64,000 bases of DNA from an uncultured Arcanobacterium sp. (GCA_958428545.1 CAUAGM010000001.1:158428-222427), one strand, 5' to 3'; numbered from the stretch's first letter, positions 8,962 to 19,436 are shown. The notes: generated from the sequence alone by a model not told the origin. Made by a program: numbers and translations.

Positions 8962-10293
8962 ATGAAGGTGAAGAAGCTCATTGCTGCAACGATGGTTGCA
9001 GGTATGGCTCTGGCTGGTCTTGCAGCATGCTCGGGGGAGAGCGGAAGTAAGGCAGATGAGAAGGGTTCCGTTTATTTCCTTAACTGGAAGCCTGAACAAG
9101 AAGAAGTTTTTAAGAAAGTTGCGGCGGAATACACCAAAGAAACTGGTGTTGAGGTGAAAGTCGTCACGGCTGCGTCGGGCACTTATGAGCAAACCTTGAA
9201 GAGTGAAATTTCTAAGAGCGAAGCTCCGACACTCTTCCAGATCAATGGTCCAGTTGGCTTGGCAAGCTGGAATAAATACGCTCTGGATATTTCAGACTCT
9301 GATTTTGCTAAGGCGTTAAAAGATCCGTCACTTGCGCTTAAAGGCGAAGATGGCAAAGTTTATGGCGTTCCTATGGCGGTAGAAGGATATGGCATCATCT
9401 ACAACCAGGAAATTTTTGATAAATACTTTGCGATGAGTGGGGCTAAGGCTTCATCGATGAGTGAAATCAACAATTTCGCCAAGCTCAAGGAAGTTGCTGA
9501 GGATATGCAGGCAAAGAAAGCCGATCTTGGCATCGACGGCGTTTTTGCTTCAACCTCTCTCGCAACTGGTGAAGATTGGCGTTGGCAGACGCACCTTGCC
9601 GATGTGCCGATGTTCTATGAATATCGCGACGCAAACGTGACCGATGAAAAAGAAATCACGTTGAAATACAGCGAGAACTACAAGAATATCTTCGATCTCT
9701 ATCTGAATAATTCCACAGTTGCACCTACGCTGGCACCATCAAAGACCGTCACCGATTCGATGGCTGAATTTGCGATGGGTAAAGCTGCAATGGTTCAAAA
9801 CGGCAACTGGGCATGGAGCCAGGTTAAAGACGTGCAGGGCAACACCGTCAAAGAAGAAAATATCAAATTCCTTCCGATCTATACGGGTGTTAAAGGCGAA
9901 GAAAAGCAGGGATTGAATGTTGGCACCGAGGCCTTTATGGCTATCAACGCAAAAGCCTCTGAGGCAGATCAGAAAGCGACGATTGATTTCGTGAACTGGC
10001 TCTTCCTTGGTGAAGCTGGAAAGAAGCACGTGGTCAATGATTTGGGCTTCATTGCTCCATTCAATAACTATACCGATGCTGATATTCCTGCTGATCCGTT
10101 GGCAAAGGAAATTGCTTCATATATCGCTGATACCGATAAATACACCGTCACCTGGGTATTTACTACTTTCCCATCTCAGAAGTTTAAGGAAGATCTTGGG
10201 CAATCATTGGCTCAATATGCTTCTGGCAATATGAGCTGGGATGATGTGAAAGCAAGCTGGATTAAGAATTGGGCTGCTGAAAAAGGCGCCTAG
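8962..10293 (+). CDS. sugar ABC transporter substrate-binding lipoprotein
   Basis: SD sequence aaggaggg precedes the ATG. Signal peptide with lipobox LAACSG. Followed by two permeases. Confidence 0.85.
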   Translation: MKVKKLIAATMVAGMALAGLAACSGESGSKADEKGSVYFLNWKPEQEEVFKKVAAEYTKETGVEVKVVTAASGTYEQTLKSEISKSEAPTLFQINGPVGLASWNKYALDISDSDFAKALKDPSLALKGEDGKVYGVPMAVEGYGIIYNQEIFDKYFAMSGAKASSMSEINNFAKLKEVAEDMQAKKADLGIDGVFASTSLATGEDWRWQTHLADVPMFYEYRDANVTDEKEITLKYSENYKNIFDLYLNNSTVAPTLAPSKTVTDSMAEFAMGKAAMVQNGNWAWSQVKDVQGNTVKEENIKFLPIYTGVKGEEKQGLNVGTEAFMAINAKASEADQKATIDFVNWLFLGEAGKKHVVNDLGFIAPFNNYTDADIPADPLAKEIASYIADTDKYTVTWVFTTFPSQKFKEDLGQSLAQYASGNMSWDDVKASWIKNWAAEKGA

Positions 10294-10304
10294 GCATGAG
10301 AAAC

Positions 10305-10357
10305 CTATTGGGTTCGCGCTGCTTCGCCCTCGAGTGAGATCAGCGCGAACCCAATAG
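10305..10357 (+). terminator. 17-bp perfect inverted repeat (intercistronic hairpin or attenuating terminator) after the binding-protein gene
   Basis: ctattgggttcgcgctg (10305-10321) pairs with cagcgcgaacccaatag (10341-10357), followed by ttta. Confidence 0.45.
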
Positions 10358-10399
10358 TTTATCTATCAGCCATTAGCATTTTTGAGGGGATCGCGCACT

Positions 10400-11245
10400 A
10401 TGCAAAGATCATTAAAAAAATACTTCCCGCTTTTTGTGCTACCGACATTGCTTGCATTCGCAATTTCGTTTCTCGTGCCATTCGTGATGGGCTTTATACT
10501 GTCGTTCTGCGAGTTCACCACGGTCACCGATGCCACATGGGTGGGGCTTGCTAATTACCAAGAGGCATTTAAGGAGCGTTCAGGCTTCGTCGGTAGTTTT
10601 GGTTTCACAGCATTGATTGTGATCGTCTCAATCGTCACAGTTAATATCTTTTCGTTCGCAATTGCATGGGTTCTTACGCAGAAGCTTCGCGGCACGAACT
10701 TCTTCCGCACAGTATTTTTCATGCCGAATCTCATTGGCGGAATCGTCTTGGGCTACACCTGGCAAGTGATGATCAACGCTGTGCTCGTTCATTATCAGAC
10801 CACGATTATTGCCGATTGGAAATACGGTTATATTGGCATGATTATGCTCATCAACTGGCAGCAGGTGGGTTATATGATGATTATTTATATAGCTGGCTTG
10901 CAAAACGTGCCGCCCGAACTCATTGAAGCGGCAGAAATTGATGGTGCAGGGCGTTGGACGGTCTTGCGGCACGTGACGATACCGATGGTGATGCCATCGG
11001 TCACGATCTGCCTATTCCTTACCCTTTCCAGCTCATTTAAGCTCTACGATCAAAACCTTGCTCTCACAAACGGTGCTCCACTCGATCAAACTGAGATGGT
11101 TGCGCTCAACATCGTCAATACGATGTTCTCTCGTATCGGAGAAGAAGGCGTTGGGCAGGCTAAAGCTGTGATATTCGTTGTGGTTGTGGTGGTGATTGCA
11201 ATGGTGCAATTGCGATCAACGCGAAGCAAGGAGGTGGAAGCATGA
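10400..11245 (+). CDS. sugar ABC transporter permease (first membrane subunit)
   Basis: Membrane protein. ATG (MQRSLKKYF) with SD sequence gagggga. The listed ORF's TTG start at 10382 is less likely. Confidence 0.85.
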   Translation: MQRSLKKYFPLFVLPTLLAFAISFLVPFVMGFILSFCEFTTVTDATWVGLANYQEAFKERSGFVGSFGFTALIVIVSIVTVNIFSFAIAWVLTQKLRGTNFFRTVFFMPNLIGGIVLGYTWQVMINAVLVHYQTTIIADWKYGYIGMIMLINWQQVGYMMIIYIAGLQNVPPELIEAAEIDGAGRWTVLRHVTIPMVMPSVTICLFLTLSSSFKLYDQNLALTNGAPLDQTEMVALNIVNTMFSRIGEEGVGQAKAVIFVVVVVVIAMVQLRSTRSKEVEA

Positions 11246-12087
11246 GCGCTCCCCGTTCAAAGGTGGGTAAAGTACTGCTCTATGCTGTGCTGGTATTCCT
11301 TACAATAGTCTTTGTAGGGCCTATTCTCTTCATCGTGATGAACTCGTTTAAAGCGAAGTTCTCTATCGCATCAGAACCTTTTGCTCTCCCGCTCGGTGAG
11401 ATGTGGGTCGGAATCGAAAACTATGCCACAGGTTTAGCTCTCTCTGGATTCTTTATGGCAATCGTCTGGAGCTTTTTCATTACGATTCTCTCTGTGGCTG
11501 TGATCGTCTTCTTCTGTGCGATGACAGCGTACTACATCACTCGCGTGAAAACGTGGTGGACGAGTCTGCTCTACTATCTCTTCGTCTTTTCCATGGTGAT
11601 TCCTTTCCAGATGGTGATGTTTCCAACCGTGAAAATTTCCGATATTCTACACCTCAATACTCCGTGGGGAATTGTGGTGCTCTATCTCGGGTTTGGCGCT
11701 GGTTTGAGCGTCTTTATGTTTGCGGGATTCGTCAAATCAATACCCCTCGAAATTGAAGAAGCATCACTGATTGATGGTTGCGGGCCGATACGAAACTACT
11801 TCCTCGTAGTATTTCCAATGCTCAAGCCGACAGCTATCACTGTGGCAATTCTCAATGCTATGTGGGTGTGGAACGACTATCTTTTGCCATATCTCACAAT
11901 CGGGCTTTCCACGGAATATAAGACGATTCCTGTGGTTATCCAAATGCTCGTGGGGTCTAACGGCAACCGTGATATGGGGGCGATGATGGCAATGCTCGTT
12001 TTGGCAATTGTGCCGATTGTCGTGTTCTATATTTCAATGCAGAAGTACATCATTAAAGGCGTTGTGGCGGGGGCTGTGAAAGGCTAA
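11242..12087 (+). CDS. sugar ABC transporter permease (second membrane subunit)
   Basis: ATGA overlap with the upstream gene. Polytopic membrane protein with EAA loop (EEASLIDGCGPIRNYF). Confidence 0.85.
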   Translation: MSAPRSKVGKVLLYAVLVFLTIVFVGPILFIVMNSFKAKFSIASEPFALPLGEMWVGIENYATGLALSGFFMAIVWSFFITILSVAVIVFFCAMTAYYITRVKTWWTSLLYYLFVFSMVIPFQMVMFPTVKISDILHLNTPWGIVVLYLGFGAGLSVFMFAGFVKSIPLEIEEASLIDGCGPIRNYFLVVFPMLKPTAITVAILNAMWVWNDYLLPYLTIGLSTEYKTIPVVIQMLVGSNGNRDMGAMMAMLVLAIVPIVVFYISMQKYIIKGVVAGAVKG

Positions 12088-12093
12088 GTTCGC

Positions 12094-13227
12094 GTGCATC
12101 GCAGCAGTGATGTTGGCAAAGAAGGAAGGTGCGGTGCGATGGCAGGTACATCATGTGGAAAGAGTGAAAGCAGCTCTCCTAGAGGTCTTGCCACCGCCGT
12201 CACTATCCACGATATTGCTCGCGAATGCGGTGTGGGAGTTGGCACCGCTTCTCGGGCGTTGAATAACTCTTCAGGAGTTTCTGAAAAGACTCGCCAAAAA
12301 GTACTATCCGCTGCTCAGAGGCTCAATTATTCGCCCAATCCTCATGCTCAGAGTCTGCGTTCGGTAGCATCGGCATCAATAGCTGTGCTGATGAAAGGAC
12401 CAGATAATCCTTTTTTCTTAGCATTTCTCACTCCGTTAGAATCAGTAATTCGCCAGCATGGCTATTCGATGACGCTTGTGCGGGTTGCGCACGGAGAAGA
12501 TGAAGTTCAACTAGCCATGCGCACGTGTTCAGTGAGCAAACCAGCTGGCATTATTTTTCTGGGCGGTCGTTATCGGCATGAGGAAGCTCCTCTCGCAGAT
12601 ATTCCTGTGCCTTTTGTGCTGTGCACTATTTCCACATTGGATGATTCTCAGCGCGATATGTATTCGTCGGTGACTGTTGATGACGTAGCTGGTATGGAAC
12701 TTTTGCTCGATCATCTCGTCGATTTGGGGCACGAGCATTTTGCTGTGATTGGCTCGGATGCGGCAGACCGTTCCGTAGGTGCTATCCGTTTAGGAGGATT
12801 AGAGCGAGCATTTCAGACGCGTGGAATTGAATGGGATCCAGATCTTATTCTTAACGGAGAAGCCTCTCTCAGCCCGTATTCTTTTGAATATGGTTATGAG
12901 ATTGCGACGCGTTTACTTCAGCAGCGCAAGCACTTCACTGCTCTTATCACTATGAGCGACGTTTTAGCGATCGGTGCTCAGCGAGCTCTTATTGAACATG
13001 GAATATCCGTGCCTGCAGATGTGAGTGTGACGGGATACGATGGTCTAGCTTTTAGCCGCTACACTTCGCCATCTATCACAACTATTGTGCAGTCAGTCGA
13101 GACGCTCGTTGAGCGCAGCTGCACTATTCTCTTTGGTATTTTAGAAGGGAAAGGTACAGTTCAACACGATGTGATCGCACCCGTACTCCGTATCGGGGAG
13201 AGCACAGGATCAGCGCCTCGGAGATGA
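12094..13227 (+). CDS. LacI-family transcriptional regulator
   Basis: HTH (IHDIARECGVGVGTASRALNNSSGVSEKTRQKV) plus a periplasmic-binding-protein-like sugar-binding domain. The real start may be the downstream ATG at 12139. Confidence 0.8.
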   Translation: MHRSSDVGKEGRCGAMAGTSCGKSESSSPRGLATAVTIHDIARECGVGVGTASRALNNSSGVSEKTRQKVLSAAQRLNYSPNPHAQSLRSVASASIAVLMKGPDNPFFLAFLTPLESVIRQHGYSMTLVRVAHGEDEVQLAMRTCSVSKPAGIIFLGGRYRHEEAPLADIPVPFVLCTISTLDDSQRDMYSSVTVDDVAGMELLLDHLVDLGHEHFAVIGSDAADRSVGAIRLGGLERAFQTRGIEWDPDLILNGEASLSPYSFEYGYEIATRLLQQRKHFTALITMSDVLAIGAQRALIEHGISVPADVSVTGYDGLAFSRYTSPSITTIVQSVETLVERSCTILFGILEGKGTVQHDVIAPVLRIGESTGSAPRR

Positions 13228-13230
13228 ATA

Positions 13231-13902
13231 ATGGCCGGTGTATTTGCCCAAGAATCTCTTTTTGCACGCACATTAGATATGCTCGCAAGCGTGGCAGTTG
13301 TGAGCATGTGTCTTGTGCTCACAGCTTTTCCGATTGTGACTTTTGGCGCTGGCTTGGCTGCAGCATATCGTGTGCTTATTCAGCTTGCACGTGATGAAGG
13401 ATCTCACCCGTGGCGCACATTTTGGCATATTTTCCGAAAGAGCTTTCGCCTTAGTTTTCTTTCATGGATGTGCCTGCTTTTCTTGCTGGCGCTGAGCGTA
13501 TACGAAATGTGGATACTTACCAACGCTGAAACGAGTGGCCTGATCGATTCTAGTTTTTTTACTCTTTTTTTGCGCTCTGGAATTATTGCTGCATTGATTT
13601 TATTGGGGATCGTGGCTGTGTGGCTTTTTGCCCTGCTCGGGCACAGCGCCGCGCAAGAGGAAGGGAATATGCGATTTCTGCGTATACTCCGTCTCGCAGT
13701 TTATGCAGCATTTAGATATTTGCCCCTATCTCTTCTTGCGCTGGCACTTTGGGTGATTCCCATTATTGCGGCTATTGCTTATCCGCAAATTGGTGTGCAC
13801 CTCATATTTTTCTATCTCGTTTTTATTCCAGGTTTTACGCTTTACCTCATCAGTTTAATTATCGGAACTAAAGTTCGCACCCTTAGCCTGCATCTGCAAT
13901 AG
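13231..13902 (+). CDS. DUF624/YesL-family integral membrane protein, commonly linked to sugar ABC operons
   Basis: Multi-TM protein. Position immediately after the LacI-family regulator and permease genes. Confidence 0.6.
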   Translation: MAGVFAQESLFARTLDMLASVAVVSMCLVLTAFPIVTFGAGLAAAYRVLIQLARDEGSHPWRTFWHIFRKSFRLSFLSWMCLLFLLALSVYEMWILTNAETSGLIDSSFFTLFLRSGIIAALILLGIVAVWLFALLGHSAAQEEGNMRFLRILRLAVYAAFRYLPLSLLALALWVIPIIAAIAYPQIGVHLIFFYLVFIPGFTLYLISLIIGTKVRTLSLHLQ

Positions 13903-14802
13903 ATCTCGATAGAGTTTTTCATCGTATTCGCCAGCCACAGGAGCTGCGACTGCAGCAGCAGAGAGCGCAATTGCATCCGCCACCCATGCGCGCAGTCGTT
14001 CAGGGCGTCGCGCAGCATAGATCCCCTCGTGCGCAATTGAACGTGCAAGTGAAGCTACTACAGCGTCACCAGCACCAGTCGGGTTGCCTGCCACGAAACG
14101 CGCTGCTGGCACAGCCACAGCTTCGCCGTCACGTGCTTGGGCAATCATCCCATCTGAGCCGCGAGAGGCAACCACTAGCTCTACTTTCTCTAAAAGACGC
14201 CCTATAGCGTGGGTGGCATCACTATCACTGCACAGATGCAAAAGCTCTTTCGTATTGGGCTTGATAGCATGCACGCCTTCATCGATTGCCCAATGCAGAG
14301 GGCTGCCAGAGGTATCGACAAGCACGGGTGCTCCAGTAGAAAGCAATTCTCGATAGAGGCGGCGCACAATATCTTCAGATGTGCCTGGAGGAAAGGATCC
14401 ATTCACGGTAAAGACATGTGGGGTAGGTAAAGCACGAAGCATTGAGAAAAATTTTTCCCATTGCTCATCCGAATACGGTTTCCCTGGTTCATTAAAAAGT
14501 GTAGCTGCATGCACAGGATCAATAATCGTCACGCTTTGGCGCGTGCTGTGATTACTTGGAATAAACGAATAAGAAATCTCAGATTCATCAAGTAAAGCTG
14601 CAATAGTTTCTCCTGTGTTTCCACCTAAGAAACAAGTCGCAAAAGTTTGTTCGCCAAGCTGATGAAGCACGCGTGCAACGTTGATTCCCTTACCGCCAGG
14701 ATTTGTGTAAATTTTTTGCACTCGATGATCGTCTCCCGGCAGAAGCTCTGGCACATGATAGGTGATATCGAGAGTGGGATTTGCTGTGATAGTGACGATC
14801 AT
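13855..14802 (-). CDS. PfkB-family sugar kinase (1-phosphofructokinase / tagatose-6-phosphate kinase type)
   Basis: N-terminus MIVTITANPTLD. GG motif (NPGGKGINVA) and C-terminal NPTGAGDAV motif. The start is uncertain: in-frame ATGs at 14802, 14820 and 14850. 14802 avoids overlap with the upstream gene. Confidence 0.75.
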   Translation of the reverse strand: MIVTITANPTLDITYHVPELLPGDDHRVQKIYTNPGGKGINVARVLHQLGEQTFATCFLGGNTGETIAALLDESEISYSFIPSNHSTRQSVTIIDPVHAATLFNEPGKPYSDEQWEKFFSMLRALPTPHVFTVNGSFPPGTSEDIVRRLYRELLSTGAPVLVDTSGSPLHWAIDEGVHAIKPNTKELLHLCSDSDATHAIGRLLEKVELVVASRGSDGMIAQARDGEAVAVPAARFVAGNPTGAGDAVVASLARSIAHEGIYAARRPERLRAWVADAIALSAAAVAAPVAGEYDEKLYRDLLQMQAKGANFSSDN

Positions 14803-14812
14803 AGCTGCTCTG

Positions 14813-15418
14813 CTACTCATCTGCTGGTGCTTTAATTCCGAGCCACTCATGCCAGCCTCGATGCAAGACGAGCCATGCCATAAGCCCGTATCCTGCCTGC
14901 CGAGGTGTGTATGTGCCTGCCATGCTCATGTCGGTATTCCACTGCTCATGCTGAACGAGGGGAGTGTACGTATCCACGTATGGCACCGAACGGCGAGTGC
15001 ATACGTCTGCAAAAGAAGCAGAAAGCTCTGCAACAGCAGCCCTATCTTTATCAGGGCGAGGCGGTGGTCCGACCACAAGTGGATTGAGCTGCATACGTTC
15101 TGCCATGTCGAGCACGTTTGCTACGTGTAAGCGAGAGCGGGCAGAAGAAATATGTGCGTCGAGATCGTGCGAACCTAAACCAATGACGAGACGATTAGTG
15201 TGGTTTTTCGCGAGTCTGGGAGTCACGTCTATTTTCCATCGTTCGGTGAGCTGCCCTGTATTTTCTCCTGCAAACGCTAAAACGTACGGCATAATAGACG
15301 GCTGGATCGGCGTGCGCCCGAGAACTCGACCGACCCATCCCATGCCGCGCGCATCGCCAGCGCCAGCGATTAACTCATCACCGACAAAGAAAATCTGAAA
15401 ATTTTGTGTGCTCATCAT
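14813..15418 (-). CDS. SGNH/GDSL-like hydrolase family protein (block I reads GDE, not GDS)
   Basis: N-terminal FFVGDELIAGAGD...GWVGRV resembles actinobacterial SGNH block I, but the nucleophile Ser is replaced by Glu. Confidence 0.5.
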   Translation of the reverse strand: MMSTQNFQIFFVGDELIAGAGDARGMGWVGRVLGRTPIQPSIMPYVLAFAGENTGQLTERWKIDVTPRLAKNHTNRLVIGLGSHDLDAHISSARSRLHVANVLDMAERMQLNPLVVGPPPRPDKDRAAVAELSASFADVCTRRSVPYVDTYTPLVQHEQWNTDMSMAGTYTPRQAGYGLMAWLVLHRGWHEWLGIKAPADE

Positions 15419-15426
15419 ATCTAATA

Positions 15427-18400
15427 CTAGCTGTTGAACGCTGCGTTCAGAATCTCCTCGATTTGTGCTTTGTGCATTCCAGAAAGCCCAGTGCTCGGAG
15501 CTGCGGAATTTGGACGGGAAATTTTATGCACCCACAGCCCCATTGGTGGGAACATTTCGAGAGCCAAATGCCCCCAAGCTCCCATATTTCCTGGCTCGTC
15601 TTGCACCCACAGGATCTGTGCGCCTGGATATTTATTTAATTCGGCGCGCAGCTCTTCAACTGGATGCGGATAGAGCTGTTCGAGACGCACAATCGCAGTA
15701 TCTAAGCGGTTATCATGATCGCGCTTTTCGGCCAGATCGTAGTAAATGCGCCCAGTACATAAAATTACTCGTTGCACATCGTGCACGTTTCCGTTCGTTT
15801 CGCCAATTACAGGGCGGAAAGCGCCACTCGTAAACTCTTCCACAGAGCTGGTCACGCCTTTGCGGCGCAGCAGCTGCTTTGGTGAAATTGCAATGAGTGG
15901 GCGGCGCGGGCGTGTATATGCTTGGCGGCGGAGCAAATGGAAATGGTTAGCTGGTGTAGAAGGCTGCGCTACCGTCATGTTGCTGTCTGCGCAGAGTGCT
16001 AAATAGCGCTCGATACGTGCGGAGGAATGATCTGGCCCTTGCCCTTCGTATCCGTGCGGCAGCAGCATCACGAGTGAGGAATTCTGATTCCATTTCGTTT
16101 CAGCTGAAGAAACGAATTCGTCGATGATAGTCTGTGCTCCGTTTGCAAAATCGCCAAATTGGGCCTCCCACAGCACTAAAGCATCTGGGCGCTCCACGGA
16201 ATATCCATATTCGAATGCGAGCACAGAGTATTCCGAAAGTGAAGAATCATAGATATTAAGCTGTGCCTGATTTTCTGTGAGATGTGCGATCGGCGTCCAC
16301 TCTTCACCTGTCTCGATTGAGTGAGCCACGCACTGACGTTGCACGAACGTTCCGCGGCGAGAATCCTGCCCGCTCATGCGAATCGGTACTCCTTCAATAA
16401 GTAGGGAACCGAACGCGAGTAATTCAGCAAAGCCCCAATCGATACTGCCCTCGTATGCCATCTTAGTGCGGCGTTCGAAAAGCTGAGCGATTTTTTTGTG
16501 CAAAGCAAACCCTTCTGGGGGATTTGAATGAGCATCACCGATTCGCTGGATTACTTCCAGCGGCACAGCGCTCGCCCACTGCTTCTCAGGTGCAGCGTCA
16601 GCTGTTTGAGCTTTGGTAAGCCCAAGAGCCATGCCCGCCGTTTTTTCTCCGCGCTCTACCGCAGCTTCCGCTTCGCGAACTTCCGTGAATGCTTCGTCAA
16701 GAATTGTATGGTAGCTTTGCTCGATCTGGTCCGCTTCTTCAGGGGTGAGAATACCGCGCCCAAGGAGAGATTCTTTGAAGAGTTCTCGAGGAGATTTTTT
16801 CTTATCGACCAGCGAATACATGATCGGTTGCGTCATCGATGGATCATCGCCTTCGTTGTGCCCGCGCTTGCGATAGCACACAATATCTACGATCACGTCT
16901 TTATGAAACTCATGTCGGTATTCGTATGCGAGCTTGCTCACTCGTGCTACAGCTTCTGGATCGTCACCATTGACGTGGAAAATCGGCACTTGCAGACCTT
17001 TGGCTACGTCTGTTGCGTAGTGTGAGGAACGCGCAGAGCTGGGAGAGGTGGTAAAACCGATTTGGTTATTGACGATGATATGAATTGTGCCGCCCACTCG
17101 ATAGGCGGGAAGGTTGGAATAGTTGAGTACCTCAGCCACAACTCCTTGCCCAGCGAAAGCGGCATCGCCGTGAATTATAATTGGCAATACATCAAATGGC
17201 TGCTCGCCTGCTCCTGCCTCAGCGCGATCTTGATCGGCGAAGCGATCCTCTTTTGCTCGTACGACGCCCTCGATGACGCCGTCTGCCGCTTCGAGGTGAG
17301 AGGGGTTTGCACCCACGTAAATCGGGATAGATCCCGTGCCGTCAAGCGTCGTGTAGATGCCGCCTGTGCCAAGATGGTATTTCACATCTCCTGTGCCTTG
17401 CTGTGAGGAAGCATCGTAGATGCCGTCAAATTCGGAGAAGATTTGTTTGTAGCTTTTACCTGCAATATTGGTGAGCACATTGAGGCGGCCTCTATGTGCC
17501 ATGCCAATAGCAGAAGAGCGGTAACCATCTTGAACGGCGCCGTAAAGTATCATGGAGAGTGCAGGGATAAGAGATTCGCCGCCTTCAAGGGAAAAACGTT
17601 TTTGCCCCACGTATTTCGTCTGTAAAAACGTTTCAAAGGCTTCCGCCTCGTTGAGCTTGCGCATAATGGCGATGTGTGCGGATTTATCCATTGGTTGGCT
17701 AGGCCGCTCCAGCCGGGTTTGAAACCAGGTGCGCTGCACGGGATCTTGGATGTGCATATATTCGAATCCGACTGTGCGGCAATAGCTTTCACGCAGCTGT
17801 TCGCAGATTTCCTGCAGCGTCATGCGGTCTTTTCCCGCAAAGCCATCTACGGGAAAGCTGCGGTTGAGATCCCAAATCGTCAAGCCGTAATTCTTCAGCT
17901 CTAGATCTGGGTGGCGGCGGATATGGAATGATAGCGGATCAATATCCGCAATTAAATGGCCTCGTGAACGATAGGCATGAATGAAGTTTGAAATGCGCGC
18001 AGGCTTGCCAAGCTCATTTTCTGGGTCGTATTCCACATCGTGTTCCCAGCTGAATGGCTTATAGGGCACTCTGAGAGATTCGAAGAGACGATCATAAAGA
18101 CCATCCAGCCCAAGCAGTTTATTTTCCATCAAACGTAAAAAGCGCCCAGACGTGCCGCCTTGGATTACGCGATGATCGTATGTGCTCGTCAGATGCACAA
18201 CTTTTGAAACTCCAAGGCGAGCAATGCGAGATTCTGGGGTGCCCATAAATTCTGGAGGATACGTCATCGATCCGACGCCCATAATCATGCCTTGCCCGTT
18301 CATTAAGCGGGGAATGGAATGAACTGTGCCAAAGCCGCCTGGATTTGTGAGGCTGGCTGTCGTGCCTGCATAATCGTCAACCGTAAGTTTATTTTCGCGC

Positions 18401-19182
18401 CCTCGAGCTACGATCTCCTCGTAGGCTGCATGAAATTCGCTGAACGTGAGTGTATCGGCTTTTTTGATATTCGGCACCACCAGCGTGCGCGATCCGTCTG
18501 ATGTGGTTACGTCGATTGCTAGGCCAAGATTAACGTGCGCTGGCTTTATGAGCGTTGGTCTGCCAGAATCGTCAATTTTATAGGAGTAGTTCATCTGTGG
18601 CATTTCGCTGAGTGCTTCAACCATCGCATAGGCGATGATGTGTGTAAACGAAACTTTTACTCCCGTCGTATTGGCAAGATATTTATTCATCACGATGCGG
18701 TTATCAAACATGATTCGTGCGGGAAGTGAACGAACCGTCGTCGCTGTCGGAATAGTGAGTGAAGCATCCATATTTTTTGCTAAGCCGCGTTCCATGCCTT
18801 TGAGAGCAATGAATTCGTCTTCTCGCGTGCTGAATGCGGCGTCTGGCTTCAGATCGTATTTTTTAGCGTAGGGGGTTTTCGGGGGAACGGCTGCAACGCG
18901 TGGCTGAGGGGGAAGGTCAGAACGGGTGACGGCGCCGTATTCTGCTTCATTGGCTGCGTGGGCTTCTTCTGTGGTGGTGAGCTCTTCTTGATACGCCACC
19001 CCTTGCGGTGCGTCTGATTCTGGATCTATCGGCGTGAGGGCGGGTTTGCCTGCTGCTTCCCATGCTTGGAAAAGAGTGATCCACTGTTTGCCAACGCTTG
19101 TGTGGTCTGATAAATAGGCTGCATATAAATCGTTGATAAATGCTTGATTTGGCCCGAAATCTTCAAATTCACTTATCGCCAC
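15427..19182 (-). CDS. kgd: multifunctional 2-oxoglutarate dehydrogenase E1 component fused to an E2-like succinyltransferase domain (actinobacterial Kgd/OdhA type)
   Basis: 1251 aa. The C-terminal two-thirds is an E1 ThDP enzyme and the N-terminal part is an E2-like catalytic domain. Size and architecture match OdhA/Kgd. Confidence 0.9.
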   Translation of the reverse strand: MAISEFEDFGPNQAFINDLYAAYLSDHTSVGKQWITLFQAWEAAGKPALTPIDPESDAPQGVAYQEELTTTEEAHAANEAEYGAVTRSDLPPQPRVAAVPPKTPYAKKYDLKPDAAFSTREDEFIALKGMERGLAKNMDASLTIPTATTVRSLPARIMFDNRIVMNKYLANTTGVKVSFTHIIAYAMVEALSEMPQMNYSYKIDDSGRPTLIKPAHVNLGLAIDVTTSDGSRTLVVPNIKKADTLTFSEFHAAYEEIVARGRENKLTVDDYAGTTASLTNPGGFGTVHSIPRLMNGQGMIMGVGSMTYPPEFMGTPESRIARLGVSKVVHLTSTYDHRVIQGGTSGRFLRLMENKLLGLDGLYDRLFESLRVPYKPFSWEHDVEYDPENELGKPARISNFIHAYRSRGHLIADIDPLSFHIRRHPDLELKNYGLTIWDLNRSFPVDGFAGKDRMTLQEICEQLRESYCRTVGFEYMHIQDPVQRTWFQTRLERPSQPMDKSAHIAIMRKLNEAEAFETFLQTKYVGQKRFSLEGGESLIPALSMILYGAVQDGYRSSAIGMAHRGRLNVLTNIAGKSYKQIFSEFDGIYDASSQQGTGDVKYHLGTGGIYTTLDGTGSIPIYVGANPSHLEAADGVIEGVVRAKEDRFADQDRAEAGAGEQPFDVLPIIIHGDAAFAGQGVVAEVLNYSNLPAYRVGGTIHIIVNNQIGFTTSPSSARSSHYATDVAKGLQVPIFHVNGDDPEAVARVSKLAYEYRHEFHKDVIVDIVCYRKRGHNEGDDPSMTQPIMYSLVDKKKSPRELFKESLLGRGILTPEEADQIEQSYHTILDEAFTEVREAEAAVERGEKTAGMALGLTKAQTADAAPEKQWASAVPLEVIQRIGDAHSNPPEGFALHKKIAQLFERRTKMAYEGSIDWGFAELLAFGSLLIEGVPIRMSGQDSRRGTFVQRQCVAHSIETGEEWTPIAHLTENQAQLNIYDSSLSEYSVLAFEYGYSVERPDALVLWEAQFGDFANGAQTIIDEFVSSAETKWNQNSSLVMLLPHGYEGQGPDHSSARIERYLALCADSNMTVAQPSTPANHFHLLRRQAYTRPRRPLIAISPKQLLRRKGVTSSVEEFTSGAFRPVIGETNGNVHDVQRVILCTGRIYYDLAEKRDHDNRLDTAIVRLEQLYPHPVEELRAELNKYPGAQILWVQDEPGNMGAWGHLALEMFPPMGLWVHKISRPNSAAPSTGLSGMHKAQIEEILNAAFNS

Positions 19183-19436
19183 AATGTTTCCTTATTTGCC
19201 GAGGTGAGTATATTGGCGCAGCAGTGAATATACGCTCACCGCTAAGCTCTACCCTTATATCTTAGTGACTAAGGTCCTAGCGGTCTAGCGGTTTAGCGGA
19301 TGTGTTGAGGCAATTCTCGGGCATGGAAGTTTGTGCTTGTAATGCTAGGATGAAAGTGTAACTGTATATTGCAGAAGCAGATCGTATGTGCATGCCTAGA
19401 GTTAAGTGGTGAGATTTTTTGATATACGACCTCCTG

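Noticed and set aside
8452-9192. 91-aa and 153-aa minus-strand ORFs in the nahK-binding-protein intergenic region
   Set aside because: They overlap the repeat-rich promoter region and the start of the binding-protein gene. They lack a ribosome-binding site and their composition is atypical.
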